Positions 1 to 10,193 of a DNA stretch of 64,000 nt are shown here, piece by piece. Position numbers and translations under genes: made by a program. The notes below the pieces were generated by a model, which ran no database searches, was not told the origin of the DNA, and saw only the letters and a list, made by a program, of their open reading frames with translations. The stretch is from Schizochytrium sp. TIO01. Taxonomy: Eukaryota > Protista > Bigyra: Labyrinthulomycetes. Every line of letters starts with the position of its first letter. Positions within the stretch are counted from its first letter, which is position 1. The stretch lies in the NCBI GenBank assembly GCA_004764695.1, contig SMSO01000014.1:4164845-4228844 (forward strand), written 5' to 3'.

Positions 1-76
1 AGCACGGTGGCTCTACGCTCAACTGCTGAGCCCCCCTTGGGCGCTTTGGCGGCGACCACGTTCTATTTGCGAAGCA

Positions 77-1123
77 ATGGAGGCCGTCCCTGCCATAGAT
101 AAGGCCAACCCTGCGCCCTCGGAGGCTGCCATGGAGGTTGAAGAGTCCTCTCGTGCCGAAGAAAGCGTTGGAAACTCAAGCACAGAGCCTAAGGAAGATT
201 CCAAGGAGGACAATAAATCCAAAGAGCCCAAAGAATCTAAAGAATATGAGGAGCCAAAGGAGGCCAAGGAATCTGAAACTGTGAAGAGCGACTCCAAAGA
301 TGTAAAAGACAGCAATGAGATTCAGTCCCAATTGGATCATCATGAAAATGAAGTTAAAACATCAGATTCTGGCGAGGGCAATGAATCTGACAAGAGAGAA
401 GGGGAAGCAGTTCAACAAGTTCCAAATAAGAAGAAGCGCACTGCAGAGGAGATTTCGAGGGAAAGACTCTCAGAAGCGTGTTTTCTGGATGATAATTGGA
501 TTCGTGCGTTTGGATTGTCTGTGCACAATGTCCTGGATTACTTTGCATGCAGTCCTTTCTATGACAGCTCGTGCAACAACGAAATCCTGCGGGCGCAGAA
601 CTTAGGTCTTGAGATGTTAGCTGATATGCCTGGCGTTGAGTATCGCCTGCTGCACACTGGCCACGAACCCGTTCTTTTTGTCGTAGTGAAGCAGGAGCGC
701 GCATCAAAAACCGTTGTGAGGCGTCAGGCGCTCTACTACATTCTTGACAAGGTAATCTACCAAGCTCCTACTTTGCAACGTCTAATTGCATCCAGACTCA
801 CCAAATCAACCAACCACTTGCAAAGGGCTTTCGAAGAGATGTCTAATGCTGCACGTTATGCACCATCCCAGGGCTTCACGTGGCACTTTGAAGGTGACGC
901 CCACAAGTCTTGGCGCATGTCCACTGAGGGCATGGCCTATGACCTCCGTCGTCGACGCCGTGATGAACAGCTCGAGCGTCGTGCAGAGGCCGAAATTGGC
1001 GGTTTGCTGAACTCCATCGCTGCCACCTTTGTTGGAAACAACAACGGTGCCAATACGAAAACCGAAAATGACTCCAAGAGCGCCACTGCAGGAGATACTC
1101 AGCAGCCAACAGCTAAACGTTAA
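77..1123 (+). CDS. MED6: Mediator of RNA polymerase II subunit 6 (canonical-type copy) with acidic/K-rich low-complexity N-terminus
   Basis: Med6 motifs FLDDNWI, NVLDYFACSPFYDSSCNNEILRAQ, LFVVVKQ, YYILDKVIYQAPTL, RYAPSQGFTW and C-terminal helix EIGGLLNSIAATF; gcaATGG start context. Confidence 0.9.
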   Translation: MEAVPAIDKANPAPSEAAMEVEESSRAEESVGNSSTEPKEDSKEDNKSKEPKESKEYEEPKEAKESETVKSDSKDVKDSNEIQSQLDHHENEVKTSDSGEGNESDKREGEAVQQVPNKKKRTAEEISRERLSEACFLDDNWIRAFGLSVHNVLDYFACSPFYDSSCNNEILRAQNLGLEMLADMPGVEYRLLHTGHEPVLFVVVKQERASKTVVRRQALYYILDKVIYQAPTLQRLIASRLTKSTNHLQRAFEEMSNAARYAPSQGFTWHFEGDAHKSWRMSTEGMAYDLRRRRRDEQLERRAEAEIGGLLNSIAATFVGNNNGANTKTENDSKSATAGDTQQPTAKR

Positions 1124-2092
1124 CAGACTTGCAGCTAGTTGGGGCCACTTGGTTGCTATGTTATTAAGAACAAACTTTCTAACCGTCTATCTCGCGTCGT
1201 CTCTGGGTGCACGGGGCGCCCTGTAATCTTGCACATACTGCCGCGATGCCTTTTCTACGTCTACTGCAGAGGTGCGTTGAGAGAGGCGGTGGCTGCACCT
1301 GCGAGTAAGCTTACGAGAAGTAGACGTGACGAGCTGTGATTCTCTCTTGCATCGCCTTTAGCCCTCTAATCTTGCACGATATTGTAAGCAAAATGCAGCA
1401 GGCCCGTTTTTCAAGGAATAAGCTGCATTATACACTATGGTTGTATGCACAACGTAAGCTACACGCCCTACTAAATTGCGAAAGGGTGCACTACCTTCAA
1501 TTCAAGCTGTTCGTGCTCTCTCTGACTGAAGGGCAAGAGAACTAGATGGACGTTCTGAATACAAATGACTATCCTTGTTTAGTATTTCACGTTTTGATGC
1601 TATCTACACATGCTATCTACATATGACGCCACAATCTTTACTTTTCTTTAATTGCTACACAGGTTTTTCTTTTTCCTCAACATCAGTATATCTCATACTT
1701 TCCTACTTGTAGTGTCAAATTCTTGATGTCCACTGCAAATTATTGTATAGCTTGGTCTGCCCTCACCCTGGTGCCTTATGCCCAATAAATGGTTTGCTGG
1801 TGAACGTGAAAAGAGGTCACTATGTAAGATTGTACTAATGTCTGAAAGTCTAAACCTCTTCTTTTCCTTTTCCTTGAACTCGCTTTCCAGGAACCACTAC
1901 GGTCTCATAGTCCATTCCTAGGATCGCTGAGGAAGATAATATTTCTAGCTTTTTGAGGCAGATCGAGACAAAATCCTTCAACCAAAGCAAAAACCAAATA
2001 GGATATATACAAAGGGATAACGCGAGGCTGGCCGAGGAGGCCGTCGCAATTGAGGCGAGCTGCGGCGGCTGGACTGGCTCAGACACGCAAAA

Positions 2093-4792
2093 ATGACTTC
2101 GATGGGGGCCCACGGACGCCTCGTGATGGCAGTCCTGGCCGTTCTGCTGGTCCAAATGCTGGACCTGACAAGGGCCAAAAGCTATCGCACAGATACAGGG
2201 TCTCGAAACCTTGAAGGAGACAAAACGATGAAAAGGAACGTTCAAGAAGAAAATATAATGACAAGTGCTTCGAAAGCACCCAAGGAATTTGACTGTGAGA
2301 TTCGAAAACTTGCAGTAGAGTATGCGTTCAAAATCCAACCATTTAGACCAAAATCCTTCTTTACAGAACTCGTCGCGGAGGTCAATGCGCCAGGGGGGCT
2401 TCCAGATGGTGAAATGCAGTGTGCTGCTGCTACGATGCCTGACCATGTGCCAGATTCGTACAGGCCACGGTTTGAGATTCCCGCTACACGAAGGTCGTAC
2501 TTTGTCGATGCAACCAATGGAAACGATCAGACCAATGATGGCTCCATTTCCAAGCCATTTGCGACAGCCAAACAGGCTCTAGATGCTATTCGCAAGGTTC
2601 GCGCAAACAACCCAGGAGACGCTGTCTATGGTATTGTTTTCCGCCAAGGTAGGCATTACGTCACCGAGACTCTCAGCCTTGGACCCGAGGACTCGAACCT
2701 CACCTTTCAGAACTACAACGGCGAGGAAGTATGGATCTCAGGAGCAATCCCTGTGCCTTTTGGGGGCACGACTAAGCGAATTTGGAAGCAGCATCCGAGT
2801 CAGGCCAGTGTCTGGGTGATGGACCTTGCCGACACCGATGTCAAGGAAATGACAGGCCTCCGTATCAATGGTAAACGGGCGGTTCGAGCACGGTATCCAA
2901 ACGGATGTACCTCTGACACACCTTTACCCTCTGGCTATTCGTGCAAAGGTTATCAGGAGGGAAATAAAGTTGTAGATCCACGCGATGGGTTTGGAAGCAA
3001 TTTGCTGAGTAAATCTTGGGTTTTACCTGAGCAGCCAACAACTCATCAAGAAGGCTGGCGCCAGATCACCGTGGAAAATCCCCTACGCAAAGAGGGTACT
3101 GCCTATCACTCCTACCAAATTGGTGTAGGCGGCACATGCGATGTGTATGATCCTCCAGCAGGTTACTGGTGTGGTTTGGGATGCTGGGGTGGGTCTTATC
3201 GCCCACCTCGCTGCATCACCCGGTGGCCTGCAGGTGTTGAAGTTGATGGACTTCTTCCCAATGGACCTTATGAAAATGTGGAAGATGCAATTGTCCAGGT
3301 GTGGCATCCTGGCCACTGGGCGTCATGGGCATTTGAGCTTGATGTGAATCGGACTAATGCTACCCATCTCATGTTTAGTCGTGGTGGTTTCCAAGATGGT
3401 CGTGGAGAAAACACAGGTGAATCTTTTTTTGTGGAAAATGTCAGGGAGGAGCTTGATGCCGACAATGAATTCTTTTTTGACAAAAAACAACAGGAACTCC
3501 TCTATGTTAGCTCCACTGGTGCCCCACCTGCTGATGGTGTGCTCGAGATCCCGACCCTTCGTACATTTCTGGATGTTCATGGAACCCAGTCCAAGCCTGT
3601 CAATAATCTACACGTCCTCGGACTTGGATTTCGTGACTCAAGACTCACATACATGGATAAGCATACAATGGTCTCAGGAGGTGACTGGGGTCTGAACAAG
3701 GTTGCGGCTATTGTTCTTAGAGGAGGGACAAACGATGCTAAAATTGATTCCTGCGTTTTTGAAGAGCTGGATGGAAACGCAATTCACATTCAAGGATATG
3801 CTCGTGGTCTTATGGTGCAAAATTCCGACTTTCATGTCTTGGGCGGCAACATGATTTCACTCCTGGGCGAAACCGAGGGAGAAACGTTGCCTTCTGAATG
3901 GGGTATTGGCTGGAATGGAACGGCAGGAAATCAGCCTCGTGGATCTGTTATTCGCAATAATGTTGGTTATCGTTGCGGACTTTTCATGAAGCAGACAGCC
4001 TTTATTTTTCAAGGCAAATCCATGGAAACCTTGGTGCAGAATAACATTCTTTTTCACTCACCTCGTGCCGCCATCAACTTGAACGATGGATTTGGAGGAG
4101 CAAACGTTTTCGAAGGCAATCTCATTTTCAATACAGTGAAGGAAACAGGAGATCATGGACCATTCAACTCATGGGATCGTCAACCCTTCGCGTATGGTTT
4201 CGATGTCAAGACCGGAGAGTACTTGATGGCCAAGAAGTCACCAGATGAGATCCGTGCTAATTTCATGATCGGGAATTATTACAGTCAGGAAAACATTGAC
4301 AATGATGACGGCTCGCAGACATTCAACACCCACCACAATGTATTTGTGTATGGTGAGAACGGTCTCAAAACTGATTTCTTTGGCCACTCCAATATTCATC
4401 ACGACAATCTTTACGCATATTGTGGTGGTAAAGGAGCAGTCGCCGGTCAAGATGTCACTCAGCCAGGTCAACAAGATCAGTTTTATAGCAACACTGTCGT
4501 GATGCTAAAAAATGGAGCCTATGTTGATTTCCCTTGTAAGTGCAATCTGAGTGATAACACGTGCACAAAGTTAGCAAACAACCAGATTTTCACACCTGAT
4601 GGTACATCTACAGAGCTCACATGTGGACATACTATGGCTGAGCTGGTAAGCCTGGGTTACGATTCAGGTACAACGTACGCCTCGTGGCCTGCTATCCCAG
4701 TTATTATCAAGAAAGCCCGCAAATTGCTGGGATTAGATGAGGAAGACATTCACTCAGGTCTTTTGTTCTCTGAGCTTGCACAACGCTCATAG
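2093..4792 (+). CDS. Secreted right-handed parallel beta-helix (pectin-lyase-fold) protein, GH141-like putative carbohydrate-active enzyme
   Basis: 899-aa intronless ORF; hydrophobic signal peptide (LVMAVLAVLLVQML); YFVDATNGND..GSISKPFAT motif; AVRARYPN; FFVENVREELDADNEFFFD; N/G-rich beta-helix repeats (RAAINLNDGFGGANVFEGNLIFN, ETGDHGPFNSWDRQPF, IDNDDGS). Confidence 0.75.
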   Translation: MTSMGAHGRLVMAVLAVLLVQMLDLTRAKSYRTDTGSRNLEGDKTMKRNVQEENIMTSASKAPKEFDCEIRKLAVEYAFKIQPFRPKSFFTELVAEVNAPGGLPDGEMQCAAATMPDHVPDSYRPRFEIPATRRSYFVDATNGNDQTNDGSISKPFATAKQALDAIRKVRANNPGDAVYGIVFRQGRHYVTETLSLGPEDSNLTFQNYNGEEVWISGAIPVPFGGTTKRIWKQHPSQASVWVMDLADTDVKEMTGLRINGKRAVRARYPNGCTSDTPLPSGYSCKGYQEGNKVVDPRDGFGSNLLSKSWVLPEQPTTHQEGWRQITVENPLRKEGTAYHSYQIGVGGTCDVYDPPAGYWCGLGCWGGSYRPPRCITRWPAGVEVDGLLPNGPYENVEDAIVQVWHPGHWASWAFELDVNRTNATHLMFSRGGFQDGRGENTGESFFVENVREELDADNEFFFDKKQQELLYVSSTGAPPADGVLEIPTLRTFLDVHGTQSKPVNNLHVLGLGFRDSRLTYMDKHTMVSGGDWGLNKVAAIVLRGGTNDAKIDSCVFEELDGNAIHIQGYARGLMVQNSDFHVLGGNMISLLGETEGETLPSEWGIGWNGTAGNQPRGSVIRNNVGYRCGLFMKQTAFIFQGKSMETLVQNNILFHSPRAAINLNDGFGGANVFEGNLIFNTVKETGDHGPFNSWDRQPFAYGFDVKTGEYLMAKKSPDEIRANFMIGNYYSQENIDNDDGSQTFNTHHNVFVYGENGLKTDFFGHSNIHHDNLYAYCGGKGAVAGQDVTQPGQQDQFYSNTVVMLKNGAYVDFPCKCNLSDNTCTKLANNQIFTPDGTSTELTCGHTMAELVSLGYDSGTTYASWPAIPVIIKKARKLLGLDEEDIHSGLLFSELAQRS

Positions 4793-5382
4793 ACTTATCT
4801 TGATCACTTATCCTAGCAAACATAGACAGCGTTATGCTGTAATTTACGGGCTTACTATCTGCCTTTGTTGATGCTACCCTGCGAGTAACGAAGGAAGACT
4901 TTACTACCCTAGTTTAAAAGTCATAAATAGTGTTCTTTCTTATATTTTTTGAATAAATTGTTGTAAACGCTCGATTGATATTGCTGGAGGTAGTAACCAA
5001 AAATAATTATCGCCATTTCAATGATTTTGATATCACTTTGGGTTTATTTGCAGCGCTTAAGAAGGCAACTCGACTCTGCCTGAATTATAGAACTTCATTT
5101 GACAAGTAGAATATTGTCGAGGCGAAAGGGATTTTGGTATGATATAGTTAAATATGAGAGTTACCAGTTCGTCATTGGAAAGTAGAATTGCCTAGTAATA
5201 CCCTACTTCGTGGTAAGGTACTATTAGTTACTAGATACCTGGAGATGTGTGCGTTGAGTTGAATGTTAGGTTATAGATGTAACAGCAACAAAATGCGTAG
5301 CAAATAAATTCCTTTCTTACGACTCACAGAACTATTACAAAAGGTCAAGACCTTGAGGACAGCGCAAAGCAAAGCGGACGCA

Positions 5383-6249
5383 ATGGAACGAAGCGAGCTC
5401 CAGCGGCAGTGGGAGCTGCATCGCTTTGATGGCCGAACGAGCTATGCTTCCTCTGTAGGTAAATACAAGACAGTAGATCGCGACTTTGAGGAACTGAGAG
5501 GTGCAGGTTGTGCAAGTAGAGTTCGAGCAGACCGCTTTCTCGGCACAGTAGCCAAGCCTTCCCATGACCACGAAGGACCTGGAGATAATCATTCGGGCTC
5601 GGGTCCCAGTAACAACCAACGCGAAGACATCTTGGCTGCAGACCATGTTGACTGGGCTGGGAATCTTGTGCCACTTAATCGGCGCAAGACGTTTGTGAAT
5701 GACTTACGGCAGCGGGGCAATCTTGCTGCTCAGGACGGTCACATTGTAGCTCGGGAAGAGTCGAAGATGGCTTCTGCGAGACGAAGGACAGGTCAGTATG
5801 TTAACCAGACTTCGGAAGGTGTGTGGCAAAGTTCTCCTGGGGCCCTTGACCCTTCTCAATGGCGAACATCATCACAAGACGCTTTAGGGGCACGTGATAA
5901 AGTTTTAAATAGCGGAAGAAGTAACGCCCCTCCAAATCAAACTTCTATTGGGGGGATTACATATCAAGGGCCTATCTCCGGTAGGAACGTCCCGTACGGG
6001 TCAAACCCACTCATGGAAACGGGGAGCTTTCAGAAGCCTCCTAAACCAACCTACGATAAAGAAAAGGGCGATTTCGTCAAGGGCTTAGATACACACTCTA
6101 TTGCAAAGAGTATGCGTAGACAAGGGATTCACCTTGCAGGAACGTCTGCCGCTGCATCTTCTCGCGCCGGTGATGATGTCCTCATTCTGGAAAATTATAA
6201 AGTTAACATGCCTGGCACCACTTTGCACACGCACCGCCATGCACGATGA
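5383..6249 (+). CDS. Hypothetical, mostly disordered protein (288 aa from first ATG)
   Basis: Long ORF flanked by AT-rich non-coding DNA; first ATG at 5383 in gcaATGG context; no recognisable globular domain. Confidence 0.65.
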   Translation: MERSELQRQWELHRFDGRTSYASSVGKYKTVDRDFEELRGAGCASRVRADRFLGTVAKPSHDHEGPGDNHSGSGPSNNQREDILAADHVDWAGNLVPLNRRKTFVNDLRQRGNLAAQDGHIVAREESKMASARRRTGQYVNQTSEGVWQSSPGALDPSQWRTSSQDALGARDKVLNSGRSNAPPNQTSIGGITYQGPISGRNVPYGSNPLMETGSFQKPPKPTYDKEKGDFVKGLDTHSIAKSMRRQGIHLAGTSAAASSRAGDDVLILENYKVNMPGTTLHTHRHAR

Positions 6250-6680
6250 AACGTGATCAACATATTAACATTTGTCTTTAAATTTTAAAGAAAGCGTCTC
6301 TATTAATATTCGAATGGAAGCCTTTTGCTTAACTCAATGTACTGCAAAACCTCTTCAGATGTTGATGACGCTCTTTCATATGATTAAACAGTACTCAAGT
6401 ATCTTCGCATGTGTTTTCTTGTTAGCCCGCTTTGTTATGGGTGGAATAATTGACAACTATATCAACAGAATAGTACTACAATACAGTAGAAACTGATCTA
6501 TAAGTGATAGAAAAAGAAAAGGAGAAAATCATGGAAAGATATTTCTTAATTAAGCTTTCGATGAAGGCCAAAAAAAAAACATAGCATACGCGACGGTCAG
6601 TTTGAGTCCGATTAAATCAGCGTATGTTTGGACTGCAAAGTTAGTTATCGATCAACACTATTAATTAACAAAGTCAGGCT

Positions 6681-7328
6681 TTATGGCTGAACAATCGCAT
6701 AAGATTTGAAGAGCAGCTCCAGCTCATCTCGCAAAATGCTGATTGATGCTACATCAGACTGCATGTGAGTTTTTGAAATATTCAGGCTTTCATTATCACA
6801 CTCAGCAGCACTGCTGCCAGATGAAGAGTTTGTTGACAAGGACGAACTCATACGTTTTAATTTTGATAGTGAGAATGATGGCAGTATAGATAACGAGTGG
6901 CTATACATATCGTCAATTTCGATGAGGCAGCCTGAGAGTGTTGTGGGCGCTCCAGAATTGAAAAATCCTTTGGCTGCTTCAGGGTTTTCAGGGTCAATAA
7001 ATATTTTACCTCCTTCCTGAAAAGAAGATAGAAGGCCCTCTTGCAAAAACATAATAGCAATCTCTCCATTTCCCAATTTACGTTTAGCTGCGTTGCTTAC
7101 ATGTACGGGCACAGGAGCACTCCAGCAGCGATCATTATGTAAACGTTTGAGCAGAACGCCGCTATGCGTGTACTCCTTGCCTTTCAGAAACGTATGTTTC
7201 GTCTTTGTTGTTTGGAGTAGCAAAACGGCCTCACAATCTTCCAAGGCCTCCGTTGTGCCTGACGGAGAGGCAGTACGAAGCTGCTGCACCGCCTGAGCGA
7301 AGTGACTTACGCCCTGTTGCGCCAGCAT
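6681..7328 (-). CDS. Divergent SYLF (Ysc84/SH3YL1-type) domain-like protein
   Basis: HSGVLLKRLHNDRCWSAPVPV resembles the SYLF core GSGxxxxRLxDGxWSAP; IAIMFLQEGLLSSFQEGGKI resembles the downstream SYLF strand-helix; first ATG at 7328 (frame open to 7391, so a further upstream exon is possible). Confidence 0.5.
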   Translation of the reverse strand: MLAQQGVSHFAQAVQQLRTASPSGTTEALEDCEAVLLLQTTKTKHTFLKGKEYTHSGVLLKRLHNDRCWSAPVPVHVSNAAKRKLGNGEIAIMFLQEGLLSSFQEGGKIFIDPENPEAAKGFFNSGAPTTLSGCLIEIDDMYSHSLSILPSFSLSKLKRMSSSLSTNSSSGSSAAECDNESLNISKTHMQSDVASISILRDELELLFKSYAIVQP

Positions 7329-10145
7329 TTCCACTCTAATTCTTAACTGCCAATTCTTGAGTTTTAAGAGCAAGTTTTGAGTGAAGTCCACTTCAGCACC
7401 GTGGACGTTTGGGTATTACTATTGTTGGAGCCAGGGCAGGGTTATAGCAGAGAGTAGTCTGGATGATATTATAGAGGTTTGCATACCCCTCCTAATGGCT
7501 GCCTGAGCTTGTCTAAGCTCAGAGCATTGCCATAATATGGTGCCAATTGATATCACAGATGCAAATAGGGTATTAAATGATATTGGTACTTTACGAATGA
7601 AATAATTCAGTACTTGGGTAGAATCTCATAATCCCCTGACCCCCTGAAAGGAAACTCACTTGGGTATGCAAGTTCTTTGATCAAATAAACTCCGTTTGTG
7701 AGACCGAAACCGCTCTCCAAAATGGCGCTCCAATGTGACTTTCCCTGGCAGCTTCTCACTTGTTTTCAGATGCCATTTTGCTGCTGGACTTGCATTTGCC
7801 CTAATTTTTCAGAATCATCCAAATACAGTTACAGACCTTAAAGCAGACCATCCACACTCCCGTAGGTTTGTTTGGTGGGACATCGTGATAACTCCGTTGG
7901 GTGATATTCCGCACAAGCGAGAATGTCTGGGCCGCTACATGGTCACGTGTGTGAAGGCATTCATATTATCAATTGATGCAGACTACATTGAATCACTATT
8001 AAGTGTTGATTATGCGGCAGGGCCATATATTTTTTTAATGGGTGAGGCTGGCCACCTCCTACTGAGGAAGTCTTCTTCGGGGCGAGATTCTTGCTCTATT
8101 GACTCGAGTGCTCCCTCGTTGTACATGGCAGGTATTTGATTGGGCAAGTTGCATAGTTTTCATTTAGAAAAGCATCTCTGTGATCATCCTTGGCAAATTC
8201 AGGGCCTCCCTTCTTGACCAATATACTCGAGGGAAGTGGTCACAATGGTCACCACTACCCACCGTGTCATATTTGCTTGTACCTTTCAACGGAACGTAAT
8301 GTTTTGAGCCAAAGTCTAGGCAGTACCTGGTAAATCAGAGGTCTATGCTGCTCTGATGTAATATCGTTTGGGTAGTCTCATTAATTGGTAACGATTCTTC
8401 TTCGTTATAGCAAATCACTTGATACTCAACATATCAATGACTTATCATAAATTTGGGTGCTGCGTATTTTGTCCGCCCCAAGTGGTTACATTTCTCAAGC
8501 ATGTTTTCTTAGTCTTTTCTCTTTTTTTCTTGTTTTAGAAAGTACCCTTTGACCATAATAGTAATCTGGAGATATTTCCATATCTATTCTACCTATGCAT
8601 AAGCCCAAAGCGTAACATTCTATAAGACTCTTCAAAGGGCATGCATATTTTAAGTAGAAGCAATACACAATGCTACTTCCGTGCTTCCTCTTGTTGTTGT
8701 CACGTTGCGAGTAAATACAATCAGTTAGTCATAAGAGCGAAAACTCGCTTTCATGGTGGTTTAGCTTGGCAGGTTATGGCAGTTATCTCATGTTGCCCAA
8801 GCTCTCAGCAATCTCGAGCAGCGCTGGCGTCATCTCAATTTACACATGGTCTCCTATACTTCTTTATTATTTTTAGGATTATCTTTCATCTTTAATCTTT
8901 TTTTTTTTTTTTTTTTTTTTAAATAAAAGTTGGAAAATTAAAGGGTAGGCTTAGAGATAAATCTAACAATAAATAATCATAGCACTACTATCTTCGACTC
9001 TGCTTACGATGGCGTTTGGCATGAAAACAATCGCCATAAAGGTCGAAGTAGTGGACCTCAAATGCTTTGCCACGGAAACCGATCTACGCACTCAGGACAC
9101 CTGAAGAACCAGGATTGCAGAATCAAACAACTAAGAACCCAGTGAGGCTTCTTGGATACTTTTGCAAGTTTCGCTTGCCTTTTGCGCCAACTATTTCGAG
9201 GGGCTGCTCTGTAAGTTCAAGATGCTCTCGTGTTATTCTGGAGGCAGCAGAGCCATGGCTCGGGCGGCGGTTATCGAGTAATGCAATGGCGCTCGTGCGA
9301 GCGAGCGAGCGAGCGGTGGGTGGCGTGGCGTGGCTATCTTCTCAAGGCGTTGTGCACGCTCCTCGTAGGCCTGCCTGGTCGCGGTGCTGTTCAAGGTATT
9401 GTCTGCAAAGGCCACCGCAACCTCGCAGGCGTTTCACGTGGTTTGCACGACTTGCCTGAGCGAGTTGCACGTGCAAGTGGAATCAGGCCTCGCCACTGCA
9501 CCACCATTCGCCAGTGCGGAGTACTTCTCTCTCGGCGAGGCGTTTGGACCTCATCAGTGCGCGGCAAGTGCGACGCAGCCTCCTCGCACGCCGCGCGTGG
9601 CGTTTTGCGCGTTGTTAGATTTAGAGGAGGTCCTGGGCTTATCCCTAATTCCAGAGCTTGGTCATTACAGGGTTTAGAAAACGCCGTCCTCGCGCGAATG
9701 GCGATCGACAGTTCATGCCATTCCTGGCGCCGTCGTCAGTCCAGTCCACCCAGTCAGTCACTTGCAGCCTGCAGAACTCGTGGTGCCTTGGGTGAAGCAC
9801 CTGCCGAGGGGAGCTTACAATAGTCGTCGATTTGGATGTTCTCCACGACGATCGTCGCTGTCGAGAGCGTAAGCCACCGCAAGGCCTGCTCCAAGGTTGG
9901 CCTAAATGTGCGCGGCGACCTCCTTCTGATGCCGCCCGTTTCTGTTCAATCGGGCCAGCGAGTTTTGCCAGAGCGTTTGTTGGAGGCTTTGTGGTGCCGC
10001 GTACTCGGTGGGGACGCGAGGCTGTTCTTGTTGGGCTCCAGCTGACTCGAGGTGCTCTGAGCCCAACAACGGCACAGGCTCAGCACGAAGGTGCTCTGTG
10101 GCTACTGAAGGTCGAGGCTTTGGCTCTGCCGTTATCAAGACCCTT

Positions 10146-10151
10146 CATCAT

Positions 10152-10191
<40 letters not shown>
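10146..10191. repeat. Compound (CAT)n(CAG)n microsatellite, apparently non-coding
   Basis: catcatcat...cagcagcag run seen directly. Confidence 0.85.

Positions 10192-10193
<2 letters not shown>

Noticed and set aside
7735-8139. 134-aa + strand ORF
   Set aside because: Non-ATG start, no motif or codon bias; more likely the shadow of eroded minus-strand sequence
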